Positions 9,880 through 19,198 of a stretch of 64,000 nucleotides of DNA are shown piece after piece. Within the stretch, counting starts at the first letter, position 1. Each line of letters starts with the position of its first letter. Origin of the DNA: Erythrobacter sp. (lineage in GTDB: Bacteria > Pseudomonadota > Alphaproteobacteria > Sphingomonadales > Sphingomonadaceae); NCBI GenBank assembly GCA_024642565.1, contig JAHEAV010000004.1, positions 30,391 through 94,390 of the forward strand. The letters run 5' to 3'. The notes beneath the pieces are model-generated. The model searched no databases. It saw nothing but the letters and a program-made list of their open reading frames with translations, and was not told the origin of the DNA. The position numbers were made by a program, and so were the translations under genes.

Positions 9880-11940
9880 ATGCGTCCCGAAGTGCTCAAT
9901 CCCCTGTTTGTCGAAAGTGAGGCGCTGGACGGCGTCGGGCCCAAATTGAAGAAGCCGCTCGACAAGATCGGCCTTGCGCGGGTTCGCGACATAATCTTCC
10001 ATTTGCCGGAACGCTTCGTCACTCGCCGGACAGTCGGCAATCTGGACGAAGCGGGAGAGGGTGAGCAAATCGTGATTGCGCTGACCCCGACCGAGCATCG
10101 GCCGAACCGTAACGGGCGCGGACCCTATCGGGTGCTGGCGCAGGATGCCCTGGGCAATGTCTGTGCGCTGACCTATTTCGGCCGCGCATCCTATACCGCC
10201 AAAAAGCTGCTGCCGGTGGGGGAAAAGCGCTGGGTGGCAGGGCGGCTCGACCGGTATGGCGACATGTTGCAGATCGTCCATCCCGACCATGTCGCGGAAG
10301 AAGGCGGGGATATGATCACCCGTCTGTGTGAACCGGTTTATGGATTGTCCGAAGGTCTGACTCAACCCAAAGTGGCCTCTCTGGTCGAACAATCGCTGGC
10401 GCGGTTGCCCGATCTTCCGGAATGGATCGAGCCGACTTTGTTGGCAAAGGCTGGCTGGCCTGTCTGGGCCGCTGCGCTTAAGGCCGCGCATCATGGCGAA
10501 GATGCCGCCGCCCGCGATCGGCTTGCCTATGACGAACTTCTCGCCAACAGCCTGGCACTGATGCTGGTCCGCGCGGACAACCGCGCCCGCAAGGGGCAGC
10601 CGCTTGTTGGCGACGGCAGTCTGCGCGGCAAATTGCAATTGCCTTTCCCGCTGACCGGCGCCCAGAACCGCTCGATTTCGGAGATCGAGGGCGATCTCCG
10701 GCAGGAAGCGCCGATGTTGCGTCTGCTGCAAGGTGATGTTGGCGCAGGCAAGACCGTGGTTGCGTTGGAGGCCATGCTGATCGCGGTGGAGGCAGGCGGG
10801 CAGGCGGCAATGCTGGCACCAACCGAGATACTTGCGCGGCAGCATTACGAAACGCTGCGAACGCTGGCCGCGCCTACTGGTGTGCAGGTGGCTTTGCTGA
10901 CTGGCCGCGACAAGGGCCGGGCCCGCGAATCAATCTTGATGGGGCTGATGGATGGCAGCATCCAGATCGTGGTGGGCACCCATGCCATCTTTCAGGACAC
11001 CGTGAATTACCGCAATCTTGCGCTGGCTGTGATCGATGAACAGCACCGCTTCGGCGTTGCCCAGCGATTGATGTTGGCAAACAAGGGCAAACGCACACCG
11101 CATACTTTGGCGATGACCGCCACGCCGATCCCGCGCACGCTGACCCTGGCGCAATATGGCGAAATGGATGTCAGCCGCCTGGACGAAATGCCGCCCGGCC
11201 GGCAGGCGATCGATACGCGGGTAGTCGCGCAGGAACGGATCGCTGACGTGGTGGAGGCGGTCGGGCGGCACATTGCGGCAGGCCAGCAGGCATACTGGGT
11301 CTGCCCAATGGTCCGCGACAATGAGATGGACGATAACGCCGCCGCCGAAGCGCGCTTTGCCGCCTTGCGCGAACGGTTCGGGGATCAGGTCGTACTGGTC
11401 CACGGGCAGCTTAAGCCGGAACTGAAGGACGCCGCGATGGAGCGTTTCGCCAGCGGCGCGGCCAAGCTGCTGGTAGCGACAACGGTGATTGAGGTGGGCG
11501 TCGATGTTCCTGCATCCACGCTGATGGTAATCGAACAGGCCGAACGGTTTGGACTGGCCCAGCTTCACCAATTGCGTGGGCGGGTAGGGCGCGGATCGGA
11601 TAAGTCGACATGTTTGCTGCTGCGCGGATCATCCCTGTCCGAAACCGCGCGTGAACGGTTGGCGTTAATGCGCGAAACGCAGGATGGCTTTATTCTGGCA
11701 GAGGAAGATTTGCGGCTGCGTGGCGGCGGTGAATTGCTGGGAACACGGCAGTCGGGTGACGCACCGTTCCAGCTTGCCACGCTGGAACAGATCACCCGGT
11801 TACTGCCGCAAGCGCATGATGATGCGCGGCTGCTGATGGAACGAGACGGCGGGCTCACCGGCCCACGCGGTGACGCGGCCAGAATTCTGCTCTATCTGTT
11901 CGAACGCGATTGGGGCGTACAGATGCTGCGCGGCGGTTAA
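9880..11940 (+). CDS. recG: ATP-dependent DNA helicase RecG
   Basis: Helicase motifs [31 protein letters not shown] and QLRGRVGRG. The start was moved from GTG 9859 to ATG 9880 (MRPEVLNPLF...), the typical RecG N-terminus. Confidence 0.95.
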   Translation: MRPEVLNPLFVESEALDGVGPKLKKPLDKIGLARVRDIIFHLPERFVTRRTVGNLDEAGEGEQIVIALTPTEHRPNRNGRGPYRVLAQDALGNVCALTYFGRASYTAKKLLPVGEKRWVAGRLDRYGDMLQIVHPDHVAEEGGDMITRLCEPVYGLSEGLTQPKVASLVEQSLARLPDLPEWIEPTLLAKAGWPVWAAALKAAHHGEDAAARDRLAYDELLANSLALMLVRADNRARKGQPLVGDGSLRGKLQLPFPLTGAQNRSISEIEGDLRQEAPMLRLLQGDVGAGKTVVALEAMLIAVEAGGQAAMLAPTEILARQHYETLRTLAAPTGVQVALLTGRDKGRARESILMGLMDGSIQIVVGTHAIFQDTVNYRNLALAVIDEQHRFGVAQRLMLANKGKRTPHTLAMTATPIPRTLTLAQYGEMDVSRLDEMPPGRQAIDTRVVAQERIADVVEAVGRHIAAGQQAYWVCPMVRDNEMDDNAAAEARFAALRERFGDQVVLVHGQLKPELKDAAMERFASGAAKLLVATTVIEVGVDVPASTLMVIEQAERFGLAQLHQLRGRVGRGSDKSTCLLLRGSSLSETARERLALMRETQDGFILAEEDLRLRGGGELLGTRQSGDAPFQLATLEQITRLLPQAHDDARLLMERDGGLTGPRGDAARILLYLFERDWGVQMLRGG

Positions 11941-12416
11941 GTGCGGCCCACCAGCAATTTTGCCACCAGGGCGTCAGCCGCTCGCCTGACCGCGGACCAG
12001 GTTGTCTCGAAATCTGCAAGGTCACCGTAATAAGGATCAGCAACCTCACCGTCTTCATTTCCATCTGCCATATCGAGCAACAGTGCAATCTTGGCGGTGC
12101 TGTCCGCCGGTGCGTGCCGCCGAATATCCGCCAGATTTGCGCGATCAAGGGCAAGAATGTGGGTAAAGCTGCGGTAATCCTGCGCGCAGATTTGCCGACC
12201 GCGATAGGAACTGATGTCTATTCCGTATGACGCGGCAACGGTAACACTCCGCGAATCCGGCGGATCGCCAACATGATAGGCCGCGGTCCCAGCGGAATCG
12301 GTATGGTGCGCCAGCCCCGCCGCGGTGGCCGCCGCGCGAAACGCGGCCTCAGCCAATGGCGAGCGACAAATATTGCCAAGACAGACGAACAGGATGGCTG
12401 GATTTTCGGGCTTCAT
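11937..12416 (-). CDS. low-molecular-weight protein-tyrosine phosphatase
   Basis: CX5R(S/T) P-loop in ILFVCLGNICRSPLAEA and a DPYYG motif. The track ORF (to 12590) runs through tRNA-Pro, so I used the internal ATG 12416 (MKPENPAILF...). The stop codon overlaps the recG stop on the opposite strand. Confidence 0.85.
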   Translation of the reverse strand: MKPENPAILFVCLGNICRSPLAEAAFRAAATAAGLAHHTDSAGTAAYHVGDPPDSRSVTVAASYGIDISSYRGRQICAQDYRSFTHILALDRANLADIRRHAPADSTAKIALLLDMADGNEDGEVADPYYGDLADFETTWSAVRRAADALVAKLLVGRT

Positions 12417-12444
12417 ACCGTTTCCAATATAAAAGCGGGCACAT

Positions 12445-12521
12445 TGGTCGGGGAGAGAGGATTCGAACCTCCGGCCCCTGCCTCCCGAAGACAGTGCTCT
12501 ACCAGGCTGAGCTACTCCCCG
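12445..12521 (-). tRNA. tRNA-Pro (CGG)
   Basis: Reverse complement reads CGGGGAG-TA-GCTC-AGCCTGGTA-GAGC-A-CTGTC-TTCGGGA-GGCAG-...-TTCGAAT-...-CTCCCCG-A-CCA. The anticodon loop TTCGGGA gives anticodon CGG. Confidence 0.93.
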
Positions 12522-12633
12522 ACCGGATGCCACCCGCAACCCAAATAGGTTGAGTTCGGGCGAGGCAGAGGCGGCGCTATACGGGTGCATCGGCGGGGTG
12601 GCAAGCGGGCAATTGCGGGTCTAGGGAGTGGTT

Positions 12634-13590
12634 ATGATACCCACTGCGACACTTCCTGATTCCCCGGCGATTACGCATCCCGAACAGCAATATCTCGATC
12701 TGATGCGGCGCATCTGGACGCAAGGGGATGAACGACGGGACCGTACCGGGGTCGGCACAAGGTCGATCTTCGGGGCTATGCTGCGCTTCGATCTGGGTGA
12801 AGGCCGGATGCCCTTGCTGACTACCAAGCGGGTGTACTGGAAAACGGCCACGCGAGAGATGCTGTGGTTCCTGACCGGGGATACCAGCATCCGCGAATTG
12901 TGCCGACAGGGTGTCGAGATATGGACCGACTGGCCCCTTGACCGGTATCGCCGGGAAACCGGGGAGGACATCAGCCGCGAAGCGTTTTCGGCGCGTATAG
13001 TGGCCGATGAAGGCTTCGCGCTGCGCTGGGGTGATCTTGGCCCGGTATACGGCAAGCAGTGGGTCGATTGGCCGACATACCAATACCGCAAGGATGGAAC
13101 CTTTGAGAAGGGGCCGGGGATCAATCAGGTGGCACAGGTGGTCGAATCCCTGCGCTCCAATCCGGGTAGCCGCCGCCATATCATCGAAGGCTGGAATGTG
13201 GCCGAGCTTGATCGGATGGCTTTGCCGCCGTGCCACAAGACCTACCAGTTTCACGTTGCCAACGGGCGGCTCAATTGCGCCTTGTACCAGCGCAGCTGCG
13301 ATGTCGCCTTGGGCCTGCCGTTCAACCTCTGGTCGGCCGCGCTGTTGCAAAGAATGATTGCCCAGCAGGTTGATCTTGAACCCGGTGAATTCATCTGGAT
13401 GGGCGGGGATACCCACCTTTATCTCAATCACGAAGCGCTGGTGAACGAACAATTGTCACGCGAACCCGCCGGTGTACCTGTGCTCGAGATTACCCGGCGC
13501 CCGCCGAGCATTTTCGATTACCGGATCGAAGATTTCGAGGTTCGCGATTACAATCCCCTAGGCGCCATCAAGGCCCCTATCGCTGTATGA
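12634..13590 (+). CDS. thyA: thymidylate synthase ThyA
   Basis: Conserved DRTGVGT, RRHIIEGWNVAELDRMALPPCH (active-site Cys) and DTHLYLNH. The ATG at 12634 lies 5 nt after a GGGAG SD; the GTG at 12628 is an alternative start. Confidence 0.95.
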   Translation: MIPTATLPDSPAITHPEQQYLDLMRRIWTQGDERRDRTGVGTRSIFGAMLRFDLGEGRMPLLTTKRVYWKTATREMLWFLTGDTSIRELCRQGVEIWTDWPLDRYRRETGEDISREAFSARIVADEGFALRWGDLGPVYGKQWVDWPTYQYRKDGTFEKGPGINQVAQVVESLRSNPGSRRHIIEGWNVAELDRMALPPCHKTYQFHVANGRLNCALYQRSCDVALGLPFNLWSAALLQRMIAQQVDLEPGEFIWMGGDTHLYLNHEALVNEQLSREPAGVPVLEITRRPPSIFDYRIEDFEVRDYNPLGAIKAPIAV

Positions 13591-13617
13591 GGGCGTTTAT
13601 GCCCGCGACCGCACATC

Positions 13618-13646
13618 TTGACGCCTTGGCGACTTTGAAATAAAAT
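13618..13646 (+). promoter_or_regulatory. candidate sigma-70 promoter of the bkd operon (TTGACG-N17-TAAAAT)
   Basis: TTGACG at 13618-13623, a 17-nt spacer, then TAAAAT at 13641-13646. This lies about 45 nt upstream of the bkdA1 ATG in the thyA-bkd gap. Confidence 0.45.
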
Positions 13647-13690
13647 AACACTCGCGTATAAGATTGCTTCATTGTCTGGGAGAGAGCGAC

Positions 13691-14992
13691 ATGGCTGACA
13701 CGCCCGAGACAGGATCGGCACAGGGCAGCAACAAGCCTGTCTTGTCGCTGCATGTTCCCGAACCGAAATATCGCCCGGGTGACACAGCCGATTTTTCCTA
13801 TCTGGCAATCACCGAAGCCGGCGCTCAGGCGCGCCCGGATGAAGCCTGCCATGCATCCGAGACTGCGGCATTAACTCAGGATTTGATCCGTGTGTTGGGC
13901 GATGACAATATCGCGCATGGGCCGTGGGACCCCAAACTAGACCCTGAAACATTGCGTCAGATGTTGCGGCATTTTGCCATGGTGCGGGCTTTCGATGCGC
14001 GGATGTATCGCGGGCAACGGCAAGGCAAGACCAGCTTCTACATGAAATGCACCGGGGAAGAGGCAACTTCGATTTCCGCTGCAATGGCGCTGGCAAGCGA
14101 TGACATGGTGTTTCCCAGCTATCGCCAGCAGGGAATCCTGATCATGCGCGGCTATCCACTGGTCGAAATGATCAACCAGATTTATTCCAATCGTGGGGAC
14201 AAGCTGAAAGGCCGCCAGCTGCCGATCATGTATTCGAGCCGCGAACATTCCTTTTTTTCGATCAGCGGGAATCTGGCCACACAAAACCCGCAGGCCGTGG
14301 GTTGGGCCATGGCTTCAGCCATCAAGGGTGACAGCCGGATCGCTGCCACCTGGGTGGGTGAAGGATCGACGGCCGAAGGGGATTTCCACTCCGCCTGCAC
14401 CTTTGCGGCTGTTTATAATGCGCCAGTGATCATCAATGTGGTCAACAACCAATGGGCGATATCGAGCTTTTCCGGATTTGCCGGTGCCGAACGCACGACG
14501 TTCGCAGCACGCGCCCTGGGGTATGGGATCGCAGGCTTGCGAGTAGACGGAAACGATCCGCTTGCCGTTTATGCCGCCGAACGCTGGGCCGCCAATCGCG
14601 CCCGTGCCAATTGCGGGCCGACCCTGATCGAACATTTCACCTATCGGGCCGAAGGGCATTCCACATCGGATGATCCAAGCGCTTATCGTTCGGCGCATGA
14701 AGAGGAAGAATGGCCGCTGGGCGATCCGGTGAATCGCCTGAAGAAGCATTTGATCGCATTGGGTGAATGGGACGAAGATCGCCAGGCTGCGATGGACGTT
14801 GAATGTGCAGAAAACGTCAAGGCGGCAACCAAGGAAGCCGAAAAGAACGGCATTCTGGGCCATGGCCTGCACCACCCGTTTCACACCATGTTCGAAGATG
14901 TATTCGAAACTCTGCCCTGGCACCTTGAAGAACAGGCCGCACAGGCGATCCACGAACGAGAGGTCAAATGGCCGGAGGGTCGCCCGAAATGA
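13691..14992 (+). CDS. bkdA1: branched-chain 2-oxoacid dehydrogenase E1 alpha subunit
   Basis: TPP-binding E1-alpha features (GEGSTAEGDFH, YRAEGHSTSDDPSAYR). The ATG at 13691 is preceded by GGGAGAGAG. Its stop overlaps the next gene start (ATGA). Confidence 0.9.
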   Translation: MADTPETGSAQGSNKPVLSLHVPEPKYRPGDTADFSYLAITEAGAQARPDEACHASETAALTQDLIRVLGDDNIAHGPWDPKLDPETLRQMLRHFAMVRAFDARMYRGQRQGKTSFYMKCTGEEATSISAAMALASDDMVFPSYRQQGILIMRGYPLVEMINQIYSNRGDKLKGRQLPIMYSSREHSFFSISGNLATQNPQAVGWAMASAIKGDSRIAATWVGEGSTAEGDFHSACTFAAVYNAPVIINVVNNQWAISSFSGFAGAERTTFAARALGYGIAGLRVDGNDPLAVYAAERWAANRARANCGPTLIEHFTYRAEGHSTSDDPSAYRSAHEEEEWPLGDPVNRLKKHLIALGEWDEDRQAAMDVECAENVKAATKEAEKNGILGHGLHHPFHTMFEDVFETLPWHLEEQAAQAIHEREVKWPEGRPK

Positions 14993-16047
14993 GCACCAAG
15001 GAAGCCAAAGATGCGGCGATGACCCAGGGCGAGCCCCGCAGGCTCAACATGATCGAAGCGATCAATGATGCGCTGGACATCATGCTTGCGCGTGATCCGG
15101 ATGTGATCCTGCTGGGCGAAGATATCGGTTATTTTGGCGGCGTGTTCCGCGCCACTGCGGGCCTCCAGGAAAAACATGGTAAAACCCGCGTGTTCGACAC
15201 ACCGATCTCGGAATGCGGAATTATCGGCGTGGCGGTGGGCATGGGCGCCTATGGCCTGCGCCCGGTGCCGGAAATCCAGTTCGCGGATTATATCTATCCC
15301 GGCCTCGACCAGCTGATTTCGGAAGCGGCGCGTCTGCGTTACCGCTCGGCCGGTGAATATATTGCCCCGATGACCGTTCGTTCACCCTTTGGCGGCGGCA
15401 TCTTCGGCGGTCAGACGCATAGCCAGAGCCCGGAGGCGCTGTTTACCCATGTTGCCGGGCTGACCACCGTTATCCCTTCCACCCCCTATGACGCCAAGGG
15501 GCTCCTGATTTCCGCGATCGAAGATAATGATCCGGTGATCTTTTTCGAACCCAAGCGGATCTACAACGGCACCTTCACCGGATATTATGACAAACCCGTA
15601 GAGCCATGGAAAAAACACCGCGATAGCGTGGTGCCGGAAGGCTATTACACCGTGCCACTGGGCAAGGCCCGGATGGTGCGCGAAGGCGAGGCGCTGACTG
15701 TTCTGGCTTACGGCACCATGGTGCATGTTGCTGAGGCGGTCTGCGCCGAGAAAGGCGTCGACGCCGAAATCCTTGATCTGCGCACGCTGGTTCCGCTCGA
15801 TATCGAAGCCATTGAAAAATCGGTCGCGAAAACCGGAAAGTGCATGGTCGTGCATGAAGCCACGCGTACCTCCGGTTTCGGGGCCGAACTGTCTGCACTG
15901 GTGCAAGAACGCTGTTTCTATCATCTCGAAGCCCCGATTGAACGGGTTACAGGTTTTGACACACCCTATCCGCATAGCCTGGAATGGGCGTATTTTCCCG
16001 GGCCCGTCCGCATTGGCGAGGCTCTCGACAAGCTTTTGAGCGAGTAA
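14989..16047 (+). CDS. bkdA2: branched-chain 2-oxoacid dehydrogenase E1 beta subunit
   Basis: E1-beta/transketolase-like pyrimidine-binding domain (VFDTPISECGIIGVAVGMG, FEPKRIY). The start is taken at the ATGA overlap with bkdA1. Confidence 0.92.
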   Translation: MSTKEAKDAAMTQGEPRRLNMIEAINDALDIMLARDPDVILLGEDIGYFGGVFRATAGLQEKHGKTRVFDTPISECGIIGVAVGMGAYGLRPVPEIQFADYIYPGLDQLISEAARLRYRSAGEYIAPMTVRSPFGGGIFGGQTHSQSPEALFTHVAGLTTVIPSTPYDAKGLLISAIEDNDPVIFFEPKRIYNGTFTGYYDKPVEPWKKHRDSVVPEGYYTVPLGKARMVREGEALTVLAYGTMVHVAEAVCAEKGVDAEILDLRTLVPLDIEAIEKSVAKTGKCMVVHEATRTSGFGAELSALVQERCFYHLEAPIERVTGFDTPYPHSLEWAYFPGPVRIGEALDKLLSE

Positions 16048-16052
16048 CGATC

Positions 16053-17351
16053 ATGGCCCGTTTCACATTCAATCTGCCCGATATCGGTGAAGGCATCGCA
16101 GAGGCCGAGATTGTCGGCTGGCACGTTAAGGTCGGTGACACCATCGAGGAAGATGACCAGATCGCCGACATGATGACCGACAAGGCCACCGTGGAGATGG
16201 AAAGCCCTGTTTCGGGCAAAGTCATCGAAGTTGCCGGCGAAGTTGGCGATGTGATCGCAATCGGTTCCATGCTGGTCGTGATCGAAACGGAAGGCGAAGC
16301 AGAGGAGGACGCAGCGGGGCAGGGCAGTGTTACCGTGGCACCGGCTTCCGAAGAAAACACCCCCCTTCCAGAACCCGTGCAGGAACAACCCGTAGCAGCC
16401 GCAGTGGAGCCTTCCGGTGCAAAGTCAGAGAAGAAGAGCGATCCTTCGCCAAGCCCCGTGCAATCACACGGGACAGCGGAAAAAGTTCTGGCCTCCCCCG
16501 CGGTGCGCCAGCGCGCCAAGGATCTGGGAGTCGATCTGTCGGAAATCAAACCGGCCGCTGATGGCCGCATCCGTCACGCCGATCTGGACGCATTCCTCTC
16601 CTATAATGGCGCAAAGGGCTTTGCAGCCTCCGCTGCGCCCCGCAAGGATGAGGAAATCAAGGTTATCGGACTGCGCCGGCGCATCGCCGAAAACATGCAG
16701 GCCGCCAAGCGCCACATCCCGCATTTCACCTATGTCGAGGAATGCGATGTAACCGCGCTGGAGCAATTGCGAGCCCAGCTCAATGAAGGGCGCGGCCAGC
16801 GGCCCAAGCTAACCATGTTGCCGCTGCTGATCGCAGCCATTTGCAAGACCTTGCCCGCATTTCCGATGATCAATGCGCGATATGATGATGAAGCCAATGT
16901 CATCACCCGGTACGGATCGGTGCATCTGGGTATGGCTACCCAGACAGATGGCGGTTTGATGGTGCCGGTTATTCGCGACGCGCAGGCGCAAAATTTGTGG
17001 CAACTTGCACGCGAAATCAAACGTCTGGCCGATGCATCGCGCGACGGTTCGGCAAAGTCGGCTGAACTATCTGGATCAACTCTGACCATCACTTCACTTG
17101 GGCCGCTGGGCGGAGTTGCGACCACACCGGTGATTAACCGGCCGGAAGTGGCCATCATTGGCCCCAACCGGATAGTCGAGCGTCCGATGTTTGTGCCCGA
17201 TGGCATGGGCGGCGAACGAATCGAAAAGCGCAAGCTGATGAATATTTCGATCAGCTGCGATCACCGCGTAGTGGACGGTTATGATGCGGCGTGTTTTGTT
17301 CAGGAAATTAAGAAGCTGATGGAAGCGCCAGCCTTGATTCTGGCCAACTGA
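16053..17351 (+). CDS. bkdB: dihydrolipoamide acyltransferase E2 of the branched-chain 2-oxoacid dehydrogenase complex
   Basis: Lipoyl domain (MTDKATVEMESP), an Ala/Pro/Glu-rich linker, a subunit-binding domain (LASPAVRQRAKDLGVDL) and the catalytic DHRVVDG motif. Confidence 0.92.
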   Translation: MARFTFNLPDIGEGIAEAEIVGWHVKVGDTIEEDDQIADMMTDKATVEMESPVSGKVIEVAGEVGDVIAIGSMLVVIETEGEAEEDAAGQGSVTVAPASEENTPLPEPVQEQPVAAAVEPSGAKSEKKSDPSPSPVQSHGTAEKVLASPAVRQRAKDLGVDLSEIKPAADGRIRHADLDAFLSYNGAKGFAASAAPRKDEEIKVIGLRRRIAENMQAAKRHIPHFTYVEECDVTALEQLRAQLNEGRGQRPKLTMLPLLIAAICKTLPAFPMINARYDDEANVITRYGSVHLGMATQTDGGLMVPVIRDAQAQNLWQLAREIKRLADASRDGSAKSAELSGSTLTITSLGPLGGVATTPVINRPEVAIIGPNRIVERPMFVPDGMGGERIEKRKLMNISISCDHRVVDGYDAACFVQEIKKLMEAPALILAN

Positions 17352-17360
17352 CCTACTGCC

Positions 17361-17819
17361 TCAGCGCACGATGGCGCTGTAGGTTATCCGGTTACGGCCT
17401 GCCGCCATCTCGCGCGCAGGCACGCGCCAACGCACATGGGTAACATCTTCTGGAGACACCAGGCGAATACCGTCGCCATCCTGAACCCGCAATGTGCCAA
17501 GCTGACCCCAGTTGCGGCCGCCATCGACGGATACTTCGAGCGAATCCTTGCTACTGCGCTGGAAGGCAAGGGTGCGGGGTACGGCGCTGGCAACGGTTAG
17601 CTCACGGGCGTCGGCTGCGGCATTCCATTCAACCAGCAAGACCACTTTATCGCCTGTGCGCAGGCTGGTTGCCGGTTCGATTGCCCGCGTGCTGCGGCCA
17701 TTTGATGTTTCGCTCAACCGTTCGACATATACGGCGCGGGAGGTTTGCAATGTTGTTTGCGCCTGCAATCCTGCACTGGAAAAACAAAGCGCCAGACCAA
17801 GAACCGAAACGATCCGCAT
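17361..17819 (-). CDS. exported hypothetical protein
   Basis: 152 aa with signal peptide MRIVSVLGLALCFSSAGLQAQ and a beta-rich mature part. No family recognised. Confidence 0.6.
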   Translation of the reverse strand: MRIVSVLGLALCFSSAGLQAQTTLQTSRAVYVERLSETSNGRSTRAIEPATSLRTGDKVVLLVEWNAAADARELTVASAVPRTLAFQRSSKDSLEVSVDGGRNWGQLGTLRVQDGDGIRLVSPEDVTHVRWRVPAREMAAGRNRITYSAIVR

Positions 17820-18029
17820 TGCTCAAACCCCTGAAAATCGTGATGTCACGAACACGGGGCCTGTCTCGCACCAAGGGACGAAAATATGGTTAACGCGCAC
17901 AGTTTCAGGGGAAGTTTCCCGTAGCTTTCAAAACAGGCAATTTTTGCCGCTGTTCTGCGTTGACAGCTTGGGCATGCTCCACTAGTTGCGCTGCTTCCCA
18001 AGCGGCCCAAGCGATTTGAGCCGTATTGC

Positions 18030-18106
<77 letters not shown>

Positions 18107-18135
18107 TTTGGGGCCTAATTTTCCAAAATACTGTC

Positions 18136-18167
18136 GGAACCAGCGGCCATCTTGTGGCGGTGGTTTC
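18136..18167 (+). terminator. imperfect stem-loop downstream of tRNA-Asp (possible terminator)
   Basis: GGAACCAGCGGCC-atcttgt-GGCGGTGGTTTC pairs over about 11 bp with one mismatch and one bulge, and ends in TTTC. It lies between the convergent tRNA-Asp and DUF2842 genes. Confidence 0.3.
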
Positions 18168-18214
18168 TATGCTATTTCATCAAGTCGGTGCGCGTGCGCT
18201 GGACCCGTTGGGAT

Positions 18215-18439
18215 CTAGCCCCAGCGGCCGGTTTCCATCCAGATCAGGAAACGGCGCAGCGGCAGCAGCCACGCTACCCCCAGCACCAGATAAACGGGTG
18301 TCTGGACCAGAACATGCAGCCGCCCGATCCATTGGCTCGCCCACATCACCGCCAGCGCATACGCTGTCAGCGCCGCCAGCAGCGCAAGGATGCCGATGGG
18401 GATACGCCAGGTTGGCTGGTTACGCATCGAAGGGACCAT
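18215..18439 (-). CDS. DUF2842-like small membrane protein
   Basis: 74 aa with two predicted TM helices (IPIGILALLAALTAYALAV, VYLVLGVAWLLPL). It resembles the alphaproteobacterial DUF2842 family. The ATG at 18427 (MRNQPTW...) is an alternative start. It overlaps or abuts the ygfA stop. Confidence 0.7.
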   Translation of the reverse strand: MVPSMRNQPTWRIPIGILALLAALTAYALAVMWASQWIGRLHVLVQTPVYLVLGVAWLLPLRRFLIWMETGRWG

Positions 18440-19034
18440 AAAATCGGGTAGGTGTGATCACAGCCGTCAGCGGCATGTCATGCGGTTCCAGAGGCAGCGA
18501 TTCGACCAACTGGGGGTCCCAAGCCATGCCAATGGTAATTGTTTGCGGGTGATCGGCAAGCCACCGGTCATAATGGCCGCCGCCTTGGCCAAGTCTTTCC
18601 CCCAGTGCGGTAAAGCCGAGCAAAGGCATCAGCAGGACTTCGGGAATCACCGCATCAGCCCCGCGCGGGGGTTGCCGCAGATCGAATGGCCCCGGTTCCA
18701 GATCACTTTCGTCAAATGGGGCGTTAAACCGATGAAATTCCATGGCGCTTGCGCGATTTTCGAAACGGGGGAGGGCCAATGGATAGCCGGCCTCGAAGAA
18801 AAAATTCGCGTAGCTTGCGGTTGGCGCTTCCGGGCTGCGTGCATGATACAGTCCGATCGTTGCGCCGTCGGGCACCAATTCCATCAACGGAGCAGGCGGC
18901 CGCTTGAACAGCAAGGCCCGCGTTATTTCGGGAAGGGCGCCGACATAGTGGCGGCGGGCCTCCCGAAGCTGTTTGCGCAGGCGCTGTTTGCTGTTCAAAT
19001 CTAGCCTCGCAGTTTCAAGTGACGGAACCACCAT
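18420..19034 (-). CDS. ygfA: 5-formyltetrahydrofolate cyclo-ligase
   Basis: KQRLRKQLREARR N-terminal region and the C-terminal LLMPLLGFTALGERLGQGGGHYDRWL motif. The start was moved to ATG 19034 (MVVPS...) because the upstream part of the track ORF coincides with the probable 6S RNA. Confidence 0.85.
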   Translation of the reverse strand: MVVPSLETARLDLNSKQRLRKQLREARRHYVGALPEITRALLFKRPPAPLMELVPDGATIGLYHARSPEAPTASYANFFFEAGYPLALPRFENRASAMEFHRFNAPFDESDLEPGPFDLRQPPRGADAVIPEVLLMPLLGFTALGERLGQGGGHYDRWLADHPQTITIGMAWDPQLVESLPLEPHDMPLTAVITPTRFYGPFDA

Positions 19035-19185
19035 GGGTCTTGCCAGGAGATCCTCTGACGCGAAAACGTCAGGTGGGCGCCGTATGCCTCGGAGCCCCGT
19101 GAAATCCACGTTACTCCGGACAGGGACAGCTCCCAAGGATTGCTTATAGCCTCAGGGATGTTCGTTGGCTCGTGCCGGGCAGTCC
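19035..19185 (-). ncRNA. ssrS: probable 6S RNA (ssrS); ends approximate
   Basis: Non-coding gap between zapA and ygfA, the classical zapA-ssrS-ygfA synteny. The minus-strand segment 19169..19150 (GCCAACGAACATCCCTGAGG) pairs imperfectly with 19060..19042 (CGTCAGAGGATCTCCTGGC). An inner stem pairs 19138..19129 (CCTTGGGAGC) with 19095..19087 (GCTCCGAGG). Together these leave a large central bubble. Confidence 0.5.
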
Positions 19186-19198
19186 CGCCGGCACCTAT

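Noticed and set aside
12417-12590. N-terminal extension of the phosphatase ORF (track 11937..12590).
   Set aside because: The extension is the reverse-strand reading of tRNA-Pro (12445..12521). The conserved phosphatase starts at the internal ATG just before the CX5R loop.
17960-17988. Possible tRNA-Asp promoter TTGACA-N17-TAGTTG.
   Set aside because: The -35 is perfect but the -10 hexamer is poor, so there is not enough support to list it as a feature.
19172-19194. GC hairpin GTGCCGG-N9-CCGGCAC after the zapA stop as an intrinsic terminator.
   Set aside because: No U-tract follows on the minus strand. It may instead be part of the 6S RNA 5' region or promoter context, so it is mentioned under the 6S finding rather than called as a terminator.
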